Shown: positions 37,854 through 47,318 of the stretch, one piece after another
Layout of the letters: the number at the start of each line of letters is the position of its first letter
Numbering within the stretch: the stretch's first letter is position 1
Source: Dehalococcoidia bacterium
GTDB taxonomy: Bacteria; Chloroflexota; Dehalococcoidia; Plut-88900
Direction of reading: 5' to 3'
Assembly (NCBI GenBank): GCA_965249275.1
Contig: CBDFLQ010000006.1
Span: forward strand, 32,001 to 96,000
DNA: 64,000 bases
The notes under the pieces: generated by a model
Seen by the model: the letters and a program-made list of their open reading frames with translations, nothing else
The model's database searches: none
What the model was told of the DNA's origin: nothing
Made by a program: the position numbers and the translations under genes

Positions 37854-39113
37854 TCACCCGATGACCGCTATCGCCTCGACCTCTATGAGGGCCTGGGGAT
37901 CGAGCAGGCGGTTGCATACCGTCGTGGAGGCCGCCGGAAGCTCCGACCCGAAGAACTCCCGTCGCACGTCGATCGCCTTGTGGTAGTTGGGGAGAGCTGC
38001 CTCGTCTATGTAGTCGGTGACCTTCAGCACGTCCTTGAAGCTCGCTCCTCCTGCCTCCAGCACTTCGGCTATGTTCTGATAGGTCTGTCGGGTCTGTGCC
38101 TCCACGTCCCCAATTGCCAAAGCCCCCGACTCCGGGTGATGTCCCGTCGTCCCCGATATGAAGAACAGGTTGCCCTTTTTCACGCCCGGCAGGAATGTAA
38201 TCCCCTGCGCGTGGGCCCGCTCCGCCAACACCTCTTCCTTCTTTCCACCCTTCACCGCCACCATATTAATCTCGATCATCCATTCCGGGGCGTTCAGGGC
38301 CAGGCACACGACACCCGTTGAAGCCGGAAATTCCTCCCCGAAGAACTCTCTCCTCAAGTCCGCCGTCAGCCTGTAGAAGGGCCGTGCCGCCGGGATGATG
38401 TAGTCCCGGGTCATTATCACGTCTTCCCGAGTCACCCCACCCTCTGCCAGTATCATGTCGAACTTCTCGAACAGATAGCGCGTCTGCTCGACCAACGACC
38501 ACGGGCAGGCCCGCTCGTCGTCGTCATCAATGTACCAGGGGGCCTGTCCGGCAGACCACAATATGTCGTTCTTGAACACGCCGGGGCGGTTAGTTCCACC
38601 CTCGTAAGATGCTATGGACTTTTCCGGCGAGGGCGGGAAACCCGGATTGATATACCTCTTCTCGCCGGGCTTGATGTCGAGGACAAGGTCAACGCTCCAG
38701 ATCGCATTCAGGTTCAGGTTGCCCTGCATGTAAAGCCCGGTTCCCGGCGCATAGTTCGGCCCGAAATTGCTTCGCCACGTTTCCGGCGTGACCGTTGGAG
38801 ACGAGCGGAACGCCCTCTTGTAGTGCGACAAAGGAGGACTGCCCGCCGCGGACGTGAAGATCGTCCGATTGGTCATGTCCTCCGGCTTCCCACCCGACGT
38901 CTCGATCAGGAGCTTGTGCTTCTCCATGATCACGTCCATCTGCTCTACCGCATCGCCCGTGCACTCGATCTTCCCCGTCTCCGAGTTCTCACGCTCCGCA
39001 GTCTGCCCCGATAGAAACAGGATTCCGTCCTTCTCCGCCGCCAGAGAGTAGGGCATCTTCGAGTGGTCGAAGTAAGGCCAGTTGGCCGGGTTGATTAGCC
39101 GTCTTTCCGCCAT
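37854..39113 (-). CDS. Triple-domain Rid (YjgF/YER057c/UK114) family protein
   Basis: Three repeats of LFLSGQ/LWSAGQ/FFISGT..Q....IE(I/V)..A; ATG at 39113. Confidence 0.8.
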   Translation of the reverse strand: MAERRLINPANWPYFDHSKMPYSLAAEKDGILFLSGQTAERENSETGKIECTGDAVEQMDVIMEKHKLLIETSGGKPEDMTNRTIFTSAAGSPPLSHYKRAFRSSPTVTPETWRSNFGPNYAPGTGLYMQGNLNLNAIWSVDLVLDIKPGEKRYINPGFPPSPEKSIASYEGGTNRPGVFKNDILWSAGQAPWYIDDDDERACPWSLVEQTRYLFEKFDMILAEGGVTREDVIMTRDYIIPAARPFYRLTADLRREFFGEEFPASTGVVCLALNAPEWMIEINMVAVKGGKKEEVLAERAHAQGITFLPGVKKGNLFFISGTTGHHPESGALAIGDVEAQTRQTYQNIAEVLEAGGASFKDVLKVTDYIDEAALPNYHKAIDVRREFFGSELPAASTTVCNRLLDPQALIEVEAIAVIG

Positions 39114-39156
39114 GTTGTCTCCTTGAAATAGAGTGCTAAATCGTCTAGCCGTCCCG

Positions 39157-40554
39157 TTATGCTTTCGGGAAGTCGGGGCCCGGGTAGGCGGGCACGTATA
39201 TGTCCTCGTATTCCTGCTTGAAGCGCTTCCACACCCTGAGCGTCGCCTCCCGAGCCTTCTCCACCACCTCTCCCTCATCCATGCTCAGCACCTTTCCCTG
39301 TCGCATCACGAACTCGCCGCCCACCATCACCGACTCAACATCCGCAGTCTCTCCGTAGTGCACGAGGTTCGACACCGGGCTGATTGCCGGTACCAGGTGC
39401 GCCCGACCCAAGTCCACGAAGGTCAAATCTGCCAACTTCCCAGCCTCGATTGACCCGAATTCCTGCTCCATACCCACGGCCTTTGCACCGTTTTGAGTCG
39501 CCCAGTCCAGCATCGTCTGGGGCGTCGGGGTGGGGGGATCGTCGTCCCTCAGCCCGCGATTGAGCACTATGCCGACGTTCAGGGCCTGGAACATGTTCTC
39601 GCTCATGTTGTCCGTACCCAGTGTCACGTTCACCCCGGAATCAGTGATATTGGGCATCTTCGGCGCCGGATACCGGCCCGTCCGTGCGCTGGGCGCGGGA
39701 CAGTGGGCCATGTGGGTCCCTGTTTCCGCCAGGATTTCGACGTCCGCCTCATCGCAGAAGAACCAGTGTGCCGCCAGAACGTCGGACCCGAGCCACCCGT
39801 TGTCACGCAGATATGCCGCCGAGGACTTCCCGCTAATCGACCTCACCTGATCCAGTTCTTTCTGGCTCTGCGCCAGGTGCACCGTCCGCCGAAGCCCGTG
39901 CTTCTCCGACAAGTCCAGCAGCTTTCTCAGCATCCACGGGGAACAGTTGTCGGGCGCGTGGGCTGCCACCTGGCACTGCACCCGACCCCCGTCCATCCCA
40001 TGAAACTCCTCGATGAGCCGCTCGGCCCTGTCCAGAAACTCCTGCCCCCACTCCTCCGAATATTCGTATATGCCATACCGGATTTTCAGGTTCAGGGCGT
40101 CTGCACAGCTTTCGCTCAGAAACAACCTCAGCCCCGAGTCCGCCATGGTTTGCGCGTACTGATAGACGTGCCGGAACGGGTCAACCATCGTCGTCGTCCC
40201 CGACCTGATCGCCTCCAGGCACCCGAGAGCGTTCATTGCCTGCCGGTCCTCCGCGGTCATGGCAAAGGAGATCGGCGACATGTATCCGTATATCGCATCC
40301 CCGCCCATGTCCTCCACCGTCCCCCGAAGCACCGTCAGCACCGAGTGAGTATGTGCGTTGACGAAGCCCGGCATAACCGCCCGCCCTGAGGCGTCGATCC
40401 TATCCAGGCTCTCATATTTTCGCCTCATCTCCCCCGACTCCCCCACTTCCAGAATCCTCTTCCCCCGAACTGCAACCGCCCCGTCCTCTATCACCGTACC
40501 TTCGGCGTCGCACGTAATCACAACAGCATTTTCTATCAACGCATCCATAGTCAA
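39157..40554 (-). CDS. Amidohydrolase, TRZ/ATZ/SAH-deaminase-like
   Basis: PGFVNAHTH, SGTTT, HLAQS, LGTDN and GSIEAGKLADL. Confidence 0.88.
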   Translation of the reverse strand: MTMDALIENAVVITCDAEGTVIEDGAVAVRGKRILEVGESGEMRRKYESLDRIDASGRAVMPGFVNAHTHSVLTVLRGTVEDMGGDAIYGYMSPISFAMTAEDRQAMNALGCLEAIRSGTTTMVDPFRHVYQYAQTMADSGLRLFLSESCADALNLKIRYGIYEYSEEWGQEFLDRAERLIEEFHGMDGGRVQCQVAAHAPDNCSPWMLRKLLDLSEKHGLRRTVHLAQSQKELDQVRSISGKSSAAYLRDNGWLGSDVLAAHWFFCDEADVEILAETGTHMAHCPAPSARTGRYPAPKMPNITDSGVNVTLGTDNMSENMFQALNVGIVLNRGLRDDDPPTPTPQTMLDWATQNGAKAVGMEQEFGSIEAGKLADLTFVDLGRAHLVPAISPVSNLVHYGETADVESVMVGGEFVMRQGKVLSMDEGEVVEKAREATLRVWKRFKQEYEDIYVPAYPGPDFPKA

Positions 40555-40693
40555 TCTTCCTCCGGCCCTATTCTATCAGCCGAGTGAGGGAGCAGTGATA
40601 GAATGAGACATTCTCTCCCGTGCACATGCGGAGGAGGAGCAGGTTCAAATCGGCTGCATGCGGGCGCACGACAAGTCGTAAAAGGAGAAGAGC

Positions 40694-41629
40694 ATGAACA
40701 CCAGGATCATCATGGCCATAGCGCTGCTGATGAGCATCCTAGCGCTGAAATGTGTGAGCGCCGTTCCCACTGCGATGCCTGGGTCGACACCTATGCCTAA
40801 ACCGACACCGACATCCACACCCATCCCTACCCAAATACCGGGTCGGGCAGACCTCTACGAGACCGTATTTCCTCCCGAGCACATGTCCTACATCTGGTGG
40901 AACTGGGACAGGCCTGCGGATGAGTTCAGGGAGCTTGAGGTAGACTTCACCATCCACAATGACCCGGGAGACTTTTCCGATAGATACGGCCTCTATCTGA
41001 TGGTGTGCCAGGGGAGCATTTCCGGGAGGGCCTTCTATTTCGGCCTGCAGACTAATACCTATGATCCGGGTCAACAGCGAGGGCGAGGGAAGGGGTTAAT
41101 CTTCTCTCGCTGGGGCGAGCGGGGCCTATCCTTTGCCAGGATTGCAGATAGTGAGCAGGGCTGGTACGAGTCCTCAGGCCACGAAGGAGACTTCATCGGA
41201 GTAAGACGGAGCTACGACTGGACTACAGGCGATTATCGAATGCGCCTTGCGCCAGATGGGAAGGATGATGACGGCGAGTGGTACGGCGTCTGGTTAACCG
41301 ACCTCGCTACTGACGTCACCACTTGGGCCGGATCCTTAAAGTTCCCACTGGTCAACGGAACAACTGTTGTCAGCACCCCTACCTACTCCACACTGGAGAT
41401 ATATGGTCAACCCATCCGCCCCATAGACATCCCGGAATGGAGTGTCAGTGTAGAGCGCCCCCGAGGCGATGGTGTCGAGGCCAGTTGGGGCAACCCCGGC
41501 TATTCGGGCTTTATGCGCGAGATTCACAATTCGGACGTTCTCTACGACCCTGCAACCAACTCCGTTCACTTCCGCGTGGGAGGCACCACGGAGCGGATGG
41601 GATCTGCCCAGCCAATTCACTTCCGCTGA
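40694..41629 (+). CDS. Secreted protein, DUF3472-like
   Basis: Signal peptide and PT-rich linker; FYFGLQT, GLIFSRW and EGDFIGVRR.YDW. Confidence 0.6.
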   Translation: MNTRIIMAIALLMSILALKCVSAVPTAMPGSTPMPKPTPTSTPIPTQIPGRADLYETVFPPEHMSYIWWNWDRPADEFRELEVDFTIHNDPGDFSDRYGLYLMVCQGSISGRAFYFGLQTNTYDPGQQRGRGKGLIFSRWGERGLSFARIADSEQGWYESSGHEGDFIGVRRSYDWTTGDYRMRLAPDGKDDDGEWYGVWLTDLATDVTTWAGSLKFPLVNGTTVVSTPTYSTLEIYGQPIRPIDIPEWSVSVERPRGDGVEASWGNPGYSGFMREIHNSDVLYDPATNSVHFRVGGTTERMGSAQPIHFR

Positions 41630-41770
41630 GTAACCATCCACTTGATATCCGAGATGGCACGCTACAATAGGAAGACTGCGATAGAATACTTGCAATACAC
41701 CAACTAGGTGGCGACTCCCCAGTAACTTGGCTAACTCGGCGCTCCCGTGCATGTGCGGAGGAAGAACGGC

Positions 41771-42799
41771 TTGGCATCCGACCCCCATCAGACTCTCGAC
41801 TACCTTGAAGCCGTCGAGTATTACTTCAAACAAGGCCTCACCGACGGCCTGCCAGTAGTCCCCCCCACCCCTGGCCGGCTCGCCGAATTCCTCGACTCCG
41901 TCAACCTGAAACCCGACGACATCGTTGGCATCGTACCCGTTGGCGCTATCCCCATAACCGCCGAAAAGGTGGCCCTCAACGCCGTCATGGCCGGCTGCCT
42001 CCCCGAGTACATGCCCGTCATAGTGACCGGCATTGAAGCGATGGTAGACGACGAATTCAGCCTCAACGCCACTGCCGCAAGCACCTCCGGGTCGTCTCAC
42101 ATGCTTGTGGTCGGGGGCAAGGTGGTCGACGAACTCGGCATCAACTACGGCGTCAATATGCTGGGCCCCGGCGCGCGAGCTAACTCAACAATCGGCAGGG
42201 CCATCAGGCTCATACTCATGAACGTCTGCGGTGCCTTGCCCGGCGTGTTGGACAAGTCGACCCTCGGCAATCCGGGCAAGTACACGGCCTGCATCGCCGA
42301 GGACGAGTCCCTCACTCCCTGGCCTCCCCTCCGCGCCGACTACGGCATCCCCGAGTCCCAGGACGCTGTCACCGCCTTCGCCTGCTACGCCCCCGTGCAG
42401 GTCTCCGACCACCGCAGCGGCACCGCCGAAGAGGTCCTGACCCGCATCGCCGACGCCATTGTCGCCTATCCTTACTACGCTCGAGGGTGCGAGATCATGG
42501 TCGTCCTCGTCCCCGAGCACCTGACCCATATCCTGCGTGCCGGTTGGACCAAGAATGAAGTCCGGCAGTTCCTGCACGAGGCTACGCAAAGACCTATGGA
42601 CTTCTGGAAAGCCCGCCCCGACAGTGGAAAGAACGACTTCCGGGAGGGCATCGGACTCTCAGGCGTCACAGCCTCCCCCGACGATTTCCTGATAGTCCCC
42701 GCAGGCGGCAGCGCTGGCGGGTTCTCGGCTTTCCTGGTTTCATGGGGCAGCGAGGTAGACTACAGCCGCAGCGTCACCCGGCCCATAGGACAACCCTGA
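41771..42799 (+). CDS. Conserved protein associated with UGSC-family (seleno)proteins
   Basis: GLTDGLPVVPPT, TAEKVALNAVMAGC.PEYMPV and RANSTIGRAIRL; TTG start after GGAGGA. Confidence 0.8.
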   Translation: MASDPHQTLDYLEAVEYYFKQGLTDGLPVVPPTPGRLAEFLDSVNLKPDDIVGIVPVGAIPITAEKVALNAVMAGCLPEYMPVIVTGIEAMVDDEFSLNATAASTSGSSHMLVVGGKVVDELGINYGVNMLGPGARANSTIGRAIRLILMNVCGALPGVLDKSTLGNPGKYTACIAEDESLTPWPPLRADYGIPESQDAVTAFACYAPVQVSDHRSGTAEEVLTRIADAIVAYPYYARGCEIMVVLVPEHLTHILRAGWTKNEVRQFLHEATQRPMDFWKARPDSGKNDFREGIGLSGVTASPDDFLIVPAGGSAGGFSAFLVSWGSEVDYSRSVTRPIGQP

Positions 42800-42817
42800 C
42801 CTATTACGAGGAGCAAT

Positions 42818-43396
42818 ATGGATACCGGCAAGCAACACGCGCAGCGCGTCCCCGCTATGGACCCCCGGGGCGCGACCCCCTCCACAAGCGTCCCCATGGC
42901 CGCCCGACCCTCTAGTCTGGACGGCATAACTATTGGTCTCGTCGACAACACAAAGATCAACGCTGGCAAGCTCTTGGACCGGCTCGCCTCCCTACTGGAA
43001 GCGGAGGCTCGTCCCGCCCGTATCGTCCGGTTTTCCAAGCCCGACGCCACCCGGCCCGCCCCCCCGGACTTGGTTAAACAGATCACCCAGGAGTGCGACG
43101 CAGCAGTCCTCGCCATCGGGGACTGAGGCTCCTGCAGCCAGTGCAGTTTGCACGACGGTATAGAATTGGAGATGAACGGCATCCCGACCGCAGTAATAAT
43201 CACCGAGGAGTTCGAGGTTCCCGCCAGGACCATCGCCCGCATGAGAGGAATACCGGACTACCCCTACGCCAAGGTGGGCCATCCCATCGGTAGCCTGAAT
43301 GAGCATGCCCTTCTGGAAAGAGCCAGGTCGGCGCTACCCCAGGTGCTTAGCATCCTCACCCGAGACCCAAGTCAAAGAAATGGACGGAAGCAATAG
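42818..43396 (+). CDS. UGSC-family selenoprotein (TGA at 43124-43126, codon 103)
   Basis: ORFs 42818..43126 and 43148..43396 are in frame: AIGD-U-GSCSQCSLHDGIELE..GIPT; hairpin GTGCA-GTT-TGCAC at 43141-43153. Confidence 0.85.
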
Positions 43397-44460
43397 TGGA
43401 CAATTCTTCTCTCTCTCCCTCGAATGAAAGCAGGCGCGGATCGGGCCTGAGGCGCCTGGGCCGCATTCTGGCCTCTCCATTTTCCAGGTCCCGCCGCGAA
43501 GGTCAGATCCGAGTGATCCAGACGTCTCCCGAAATCGCCAACCAGAACACCCCCAGAGGTAGAAAACTGAACATCAAAAGGAACAAGGCTTCAACAGGGT
43601 CCGGTGTGTACATTGACGTCGAGAACCTTCAGGGCGAGGCCCAGGACCTCATTTCAACCCTCATGTTTAACTGGCCCCACCCCGCTCCTTCCCCTTCTCG
43701 TCTGACCCTCTACGTCCGTGCAGACCAGGTCGAGCTTTGGCGTCTATGGGCCGTCGACCAATTTAATAACGTACAGGTCATCGTCAAAGGCATCCAGCAC
43801 TTCAGCCGGGACTCCTCCAAGAACTCCGCCGACATCGCCATCGCCACCAACGCCATCGCCGATTTCGTGCGCGGCAGGATTGCTCATGTTGTCGTCTTGA
43901 GTGACGACAGCGATTTCATATCCCTCTATGCCTCCATCCACGACGAAGTAGACCAGAACGAAGGCGCCACTCCGTTCCTATGGGTGGTCACGGACCGCCA
44001 CAAGTCACTCTCCGCCAATGTCAAGCAGTTCGTCCCTCGGAATATCCTTCACGTGATATCCGCGGATGTCCGCTCCCCCAAATCCCCCCCACCGCCCCCA
44101 CCCCTCCGGGCTAGAGCCCCCATCTCAAGACGTCCCGTATCCCCAACTCCCCCACCCCCATCCGCACCTCCGACTCCGCCACCCCTTACACCCGTCCCTT
44201 TGGGTAGCCCCTGGGCCGACATGGCCCGAATTATTGTCCGGGAGCGTCCTGTCGGCGCCTTCAAGAGCACTGACTGCCAGGACATCATCCGACGCCACTG
44301 GTCCGGCCACCGGATGGCCAGGGCAGGAGGCGGCACTTTCGGCACCGAGTTCAAAAAAAGCGTCTGGCCGGAGCTTGAAAAACTTGGTGTAAAAATCCCT
44401 AACCTAAACCGGAAACCCGTTACCTACGAGATGACCAAAGAGGCCAAAGCAGCGGTCTAG
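43396..44460 (+). CDS. NYN-domain (PIN-like) protein with Pro-rich linker
   Basis: VYIDVENL, KNSADIAI and VLSDDSDF. Confidence 0.8.
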   Translation: MDNSSLSPSNESRRGSGLRRLGRILASPFSRSRREGQIRVIQTSPEIANQNTPRGRKLNIKRNKASTGSGVYIDVENLQGEAQDLISTLMFNWPHPAPSPSRLTLYVRADQVELWRLWAVDQFNNVQVIVKGIQHFSRDSSKNSADIAIATNAIADFVRGRIAHVVVLSDDSDFISLYASIHDEVDQNEGATPFLWVVTDRHKSLSANVKQFVPRNILHVISADVRSPKSPPPPPPLRARAPISRRPVSPTPPPPSAPPTPPPLTPVPLGSPWADMARIIVRERPVGAFKSTDCQDIIRRHWSGHRMARAGGGTFGTEFKKSVWPELEKLGVKIPNLNRKPVTYEMTKEAKAAV

Positions 44461-44477
44461 TAAGGGAAATCAGGCCA

Positions 44478-46448
44478 TTGGCTACCCCATTTCCCCACCT
44501 GTTCCAACCGATAAAGGTCGGCAAGTACACCCTTAAGAACCGGATAGTGAACGCGGGCCACGCCGCCCACTTCCAGGGCGAGGGCGGCCTCCCCGACGAA
44601 AGGTACGTCCACTACGTCCGGGAGCGCGCCAAGGGCGGCGCGGCGATGGTCGTCCTCGGCAACACCGTCGTCTACAACGACGGCGAAGTCCCCCTCTCCA
44701 TGGCCAACTACGACGACCGTGTCATTCCCATCTACAGGCGCATGTCCGCCGCCACCCATGAGTTTGATACACCTCTCCTCACCCAACTCGGCCACCGAGG
44801 CAAGATGGTGGTAGATGCATCAGGCGTCCTGGGGAGACCTCTCATGGCCCCCTCCGCCGTCCCCCCACCCCACTTCGCCAGCCCCCAGTACATGCCCCAC
44901 GAGATGGACATTGATGAGGTGAAAGAGGCAGTCCAGCAGTTCTCCGACGCCGCCGCCCGGGTCCGCGAGGGTGGTCTCGATGGCACCGAAATCCTCGTCG
45001 GCCTCGGCTACCTCATCTCCGAATTCCTCTTCCCCGACTCCAACCGCCGCACCGACAAGTATGGCGGCAGCACGCTCGAGGAGCGCATGACCTTTCTCTA
45101 CGAGGTCATCGACGGCTGCCGCAAGGCCCTTGGCCCCGACCTCCTCCTCGGCGTCCGCCTGTATGACGACATGGTCGACTATAGTATCGGCATGAGCGAG
45201 CTCAAGGCCATCGCTCCCCTCCTCGAACGCACCGGCGCTATCGACTATCTGAACGTCTGGCAGGGCGCAATCCCCGACCCCAAGTCCTTCGCCGACCACT
45301 GGCCCAGCTACTACCGTGAGCCCGGCCAATTCGTCTACAAAGCCAACGAGATCAAGCAGTTGGTCAACCTGCCCGTCCTGGGCGCAGGCCGCATCGACTC
45401 CCCAGCCCTCGCCGAGCAGCTCCTAGCTGACAGCGTCGTCGACTTGGTCGGCATGGTCCGAGCCCTCATAGCCGACCCCCATCTCCCCAACAAGGCCCGA
45501 GAGGGTCGCGCCGAGGAGATTCGCTACTGCATAGGCACCAACCAAAGCTGCGCCGGGCACATCCTCATCGGCTTGGGCGTCGGCTGCATCTACAACCCCG
45601 TGACCGGTCGAGAGAAGGAGTGGAGCATCCTGCCCCCCGCCCCTCAGAAGAAAAAGGTCGTCATAGCCGGCGGAGGCCCGGCCGGTATGGAAGCCGCCCG
45701 CACTGCCGCCATGAGAGGCCATCAGGTCGTCCTCTTCGAAAAGGGCCCCCGACTCGGCGGCCAACTGAACCTGATTCTGAAGACCCCTAGGCGGGACCAC
45801 TTCGAAGAAGTGATTTTATTCTTCGAACGCCAGCTTAACAGGCTGGGAGTCGATATCCGGCTCAACACCGAGGCCACCCCCGACCTCATCCTCGCCGAAT
45901 CCCCCGACTCAGTCATCATCGCCACTGGTTCCACGCCCTACACCCCAGAAATCCCGGGCGCCGAGGGCCGGAACGTCGTCAACAGCTGGGATGTCCTGGA
46001 AGGCTCGGCTGAGTTGGGAGACCGGGTCGTCGTGATCGACACCCAGGGCCGCCCCGAGGCCTCCACCATCGCAGACTTCCTCGTCTCCGGCGGCAAGTCC
46101 GTCGAAGTCGTCACCGGCCTTCAGTATGTGGGCCGGGAGATTACCCCGCCCCTTTGGCAGCACATCTACGAAAGCCTGCTCCGCAAAGGCGTCAAGATGA
46201 CACCCTTCACCGGAGTCTTCGAAATCCTCGAGGACTCCCTCTACGTCTACGACACCATCACCTGGGCCCCCCGCTACATCACCGGCGTCGACACCGTAGT
46301 AGTAGCCGCCGGCGGCCAGGCCGTGGACACCCTTTACCGAGACCTCAAGGGCCGCACCCCTAACCTCCAGGCCATCGGAGACGCCCTCCAACCGAGAGAC
46401 ATCGAAGTCGCCGTAGTAGACGGCCACCGCGCCGCCCGTGCCATCTGA
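44478..46448 (+). CDS. NADH:flavin oxidoreductase (old yellow enzyme/TMADH/2,4-dienoyl-CoA reductase-like)
   Basis: LKNRIV, ERAKGG, NRRTDKYGG, CIGTNQSC..CIYNP and GGGPAGMEAA. Confidence 0.9.
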   Translation: MATPFPHLFQPIKVGKYTLKNRIVNAGHAAHFQGEGGLPDERYVHYVRERAKGGAAMVVLGNTVVYNDGEVPLSMANYDDRVIPIYRRMSAATHEFDTPLLTQLGHRGKMVVDASGVLGRPLMAPSAVPPPHFASPQYMPHEMDIDEVKEAVQQFSDAAARVREGGLDGTEILVGLGYLISEFLFPDSNRRTDKYGGSTLEERMTFLYEVIDGCRKALGPDLLLGVRLYDDMVDYSIGMSELKAIAPLLERTGAIDYLNVWQGAIPDPKSFADHWPSYYREPGQFVYKANEIKQLVNLPVLGAGRIDSPALAEQLLADSVVDLVGMVRALIADPHLPNKAREGRAEEIRYCIGTNQSCAGHILIGLGVGCIYNPVTGREKEWSILPPAPQKKKVVIAGGGPAGMEAARTAAMRGHQVVLFEKGPRLGGQLNLILKTPRRDHFEEVILFFERQLNRLGVDIRLNTEATPDLILAESPDSVIIATGSTPYTPEIPGAEGRNVVNSWDVLEGSAELGDRVVVIDTQGRPEASTIADFLVSGGKSVEVVTGLQYVGREITPPLWQHIYESLLRKGVKMTPFTGVFEILEDSLYVYDTITWAPRYITGVDTVVVAAGGQAVDTLYRDLKGRTPNLQAIGDALQPRDIEVAVVDGHRAARAI

Positions 46449-46556
46449 GGGTCTTAGCGGTTGACGTCCTCATAGCGATGCCCGACGAATCTAATTCAAA
46501 CTTCCCTATGAAAATACACCTAAGTGTGATACAGTTCTTCACAAGGAAGTGAACGT

Positions 46557-47318
46557 ATGAGCTATATCTCTTCTATTGAATGGACAGAGACAACCTGGAA
46601 CCCTGTAACTGGCTGCACGAAAATCACGCGAGGATGCGACAATTGTTACGCTGAGCGTCTTGCCGAGCGTTTTCGAGGAACTCCCGGGCATCCCTTTGAA
46701 AATGGTTTTGACCTCACCCTTCGCCCAGAACGCATATCGCAGCCACTCTCCTGGAAGCGATCGCGAATGGTATTCGTGAATTCGATGAGCGACCTATTCC
46801 ACAAGGACATCCCGACCAAATACATAGATAGCGTATTTGACACTATGGAATCGGCTGATTGGCACATTTTCCAGATACTTACTAAGCGCAGTCCACTAAT
46901 GAGAGATTACTTACAGAATCGGTATGGACCGCGCCTTGCTCCTCGACACATTTGGTGCGGGGTGTCTGTCGAGGACGACAAAGCGACCGCGAGAATAAGA
47001 CACCTCAAAGACTCCCCGGTATCGACTCGGTTCCTATCCATAGAACCGCTCCTTGGCCCTATTGGAGATATAGACATAGACGGTATCTCCTGGGTCATAG
47101 TTGGTGGAGAGAGTGGCCCCAATGCTCGGCCTATGAAGCCAGAATGGGTCATTGAAATCCAAGAAACTTGTGATGAACTAGATATTCCTTTTTTCTTCAA
47201 GCAGTGGGGTGGCCGCACTCCGAAATCAGGGGGCCGGTTGCTTGAAGGGATAGAGCACAATGCCTTCCCTGCTTATTTGCAAGAGGAGAAAGAATATGCC
47301 GTTCATATGGCATCCTAA
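46557..47318 (+). CDS. DUF5131 / phage Gp37-Gp68 family (three-Cys radical-SAM-like) protein
   Basis: IEWT..TWNPVTGCTKI..GCDNCYAE, FVNSMSDLFH, WVIVGGESG and FFFKQWGG. Confidence 0.92.
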   Translation: MSYISSIEWTETTWNPVTGCTKITRGCDNCYAERLAERFRGTPGHPFENGFDLTLRPERISQPLSWKRSRMVFVNSMSDLFHKDIPTKYIDSVFDTMESADWHIFQILTKRSPLMRDYLQNRYGPRLAPRHIWCGVSVEDDKATARIRHLKDSPVSTRFLSIEPLLGPIGDIDIDGISWVIVGGESGPNARPMKPEWVIEIQETCDELDIPFFFKQWGGRTPKSGGRLLEGIEHNAFPAYLQEEKEYAVHMAS

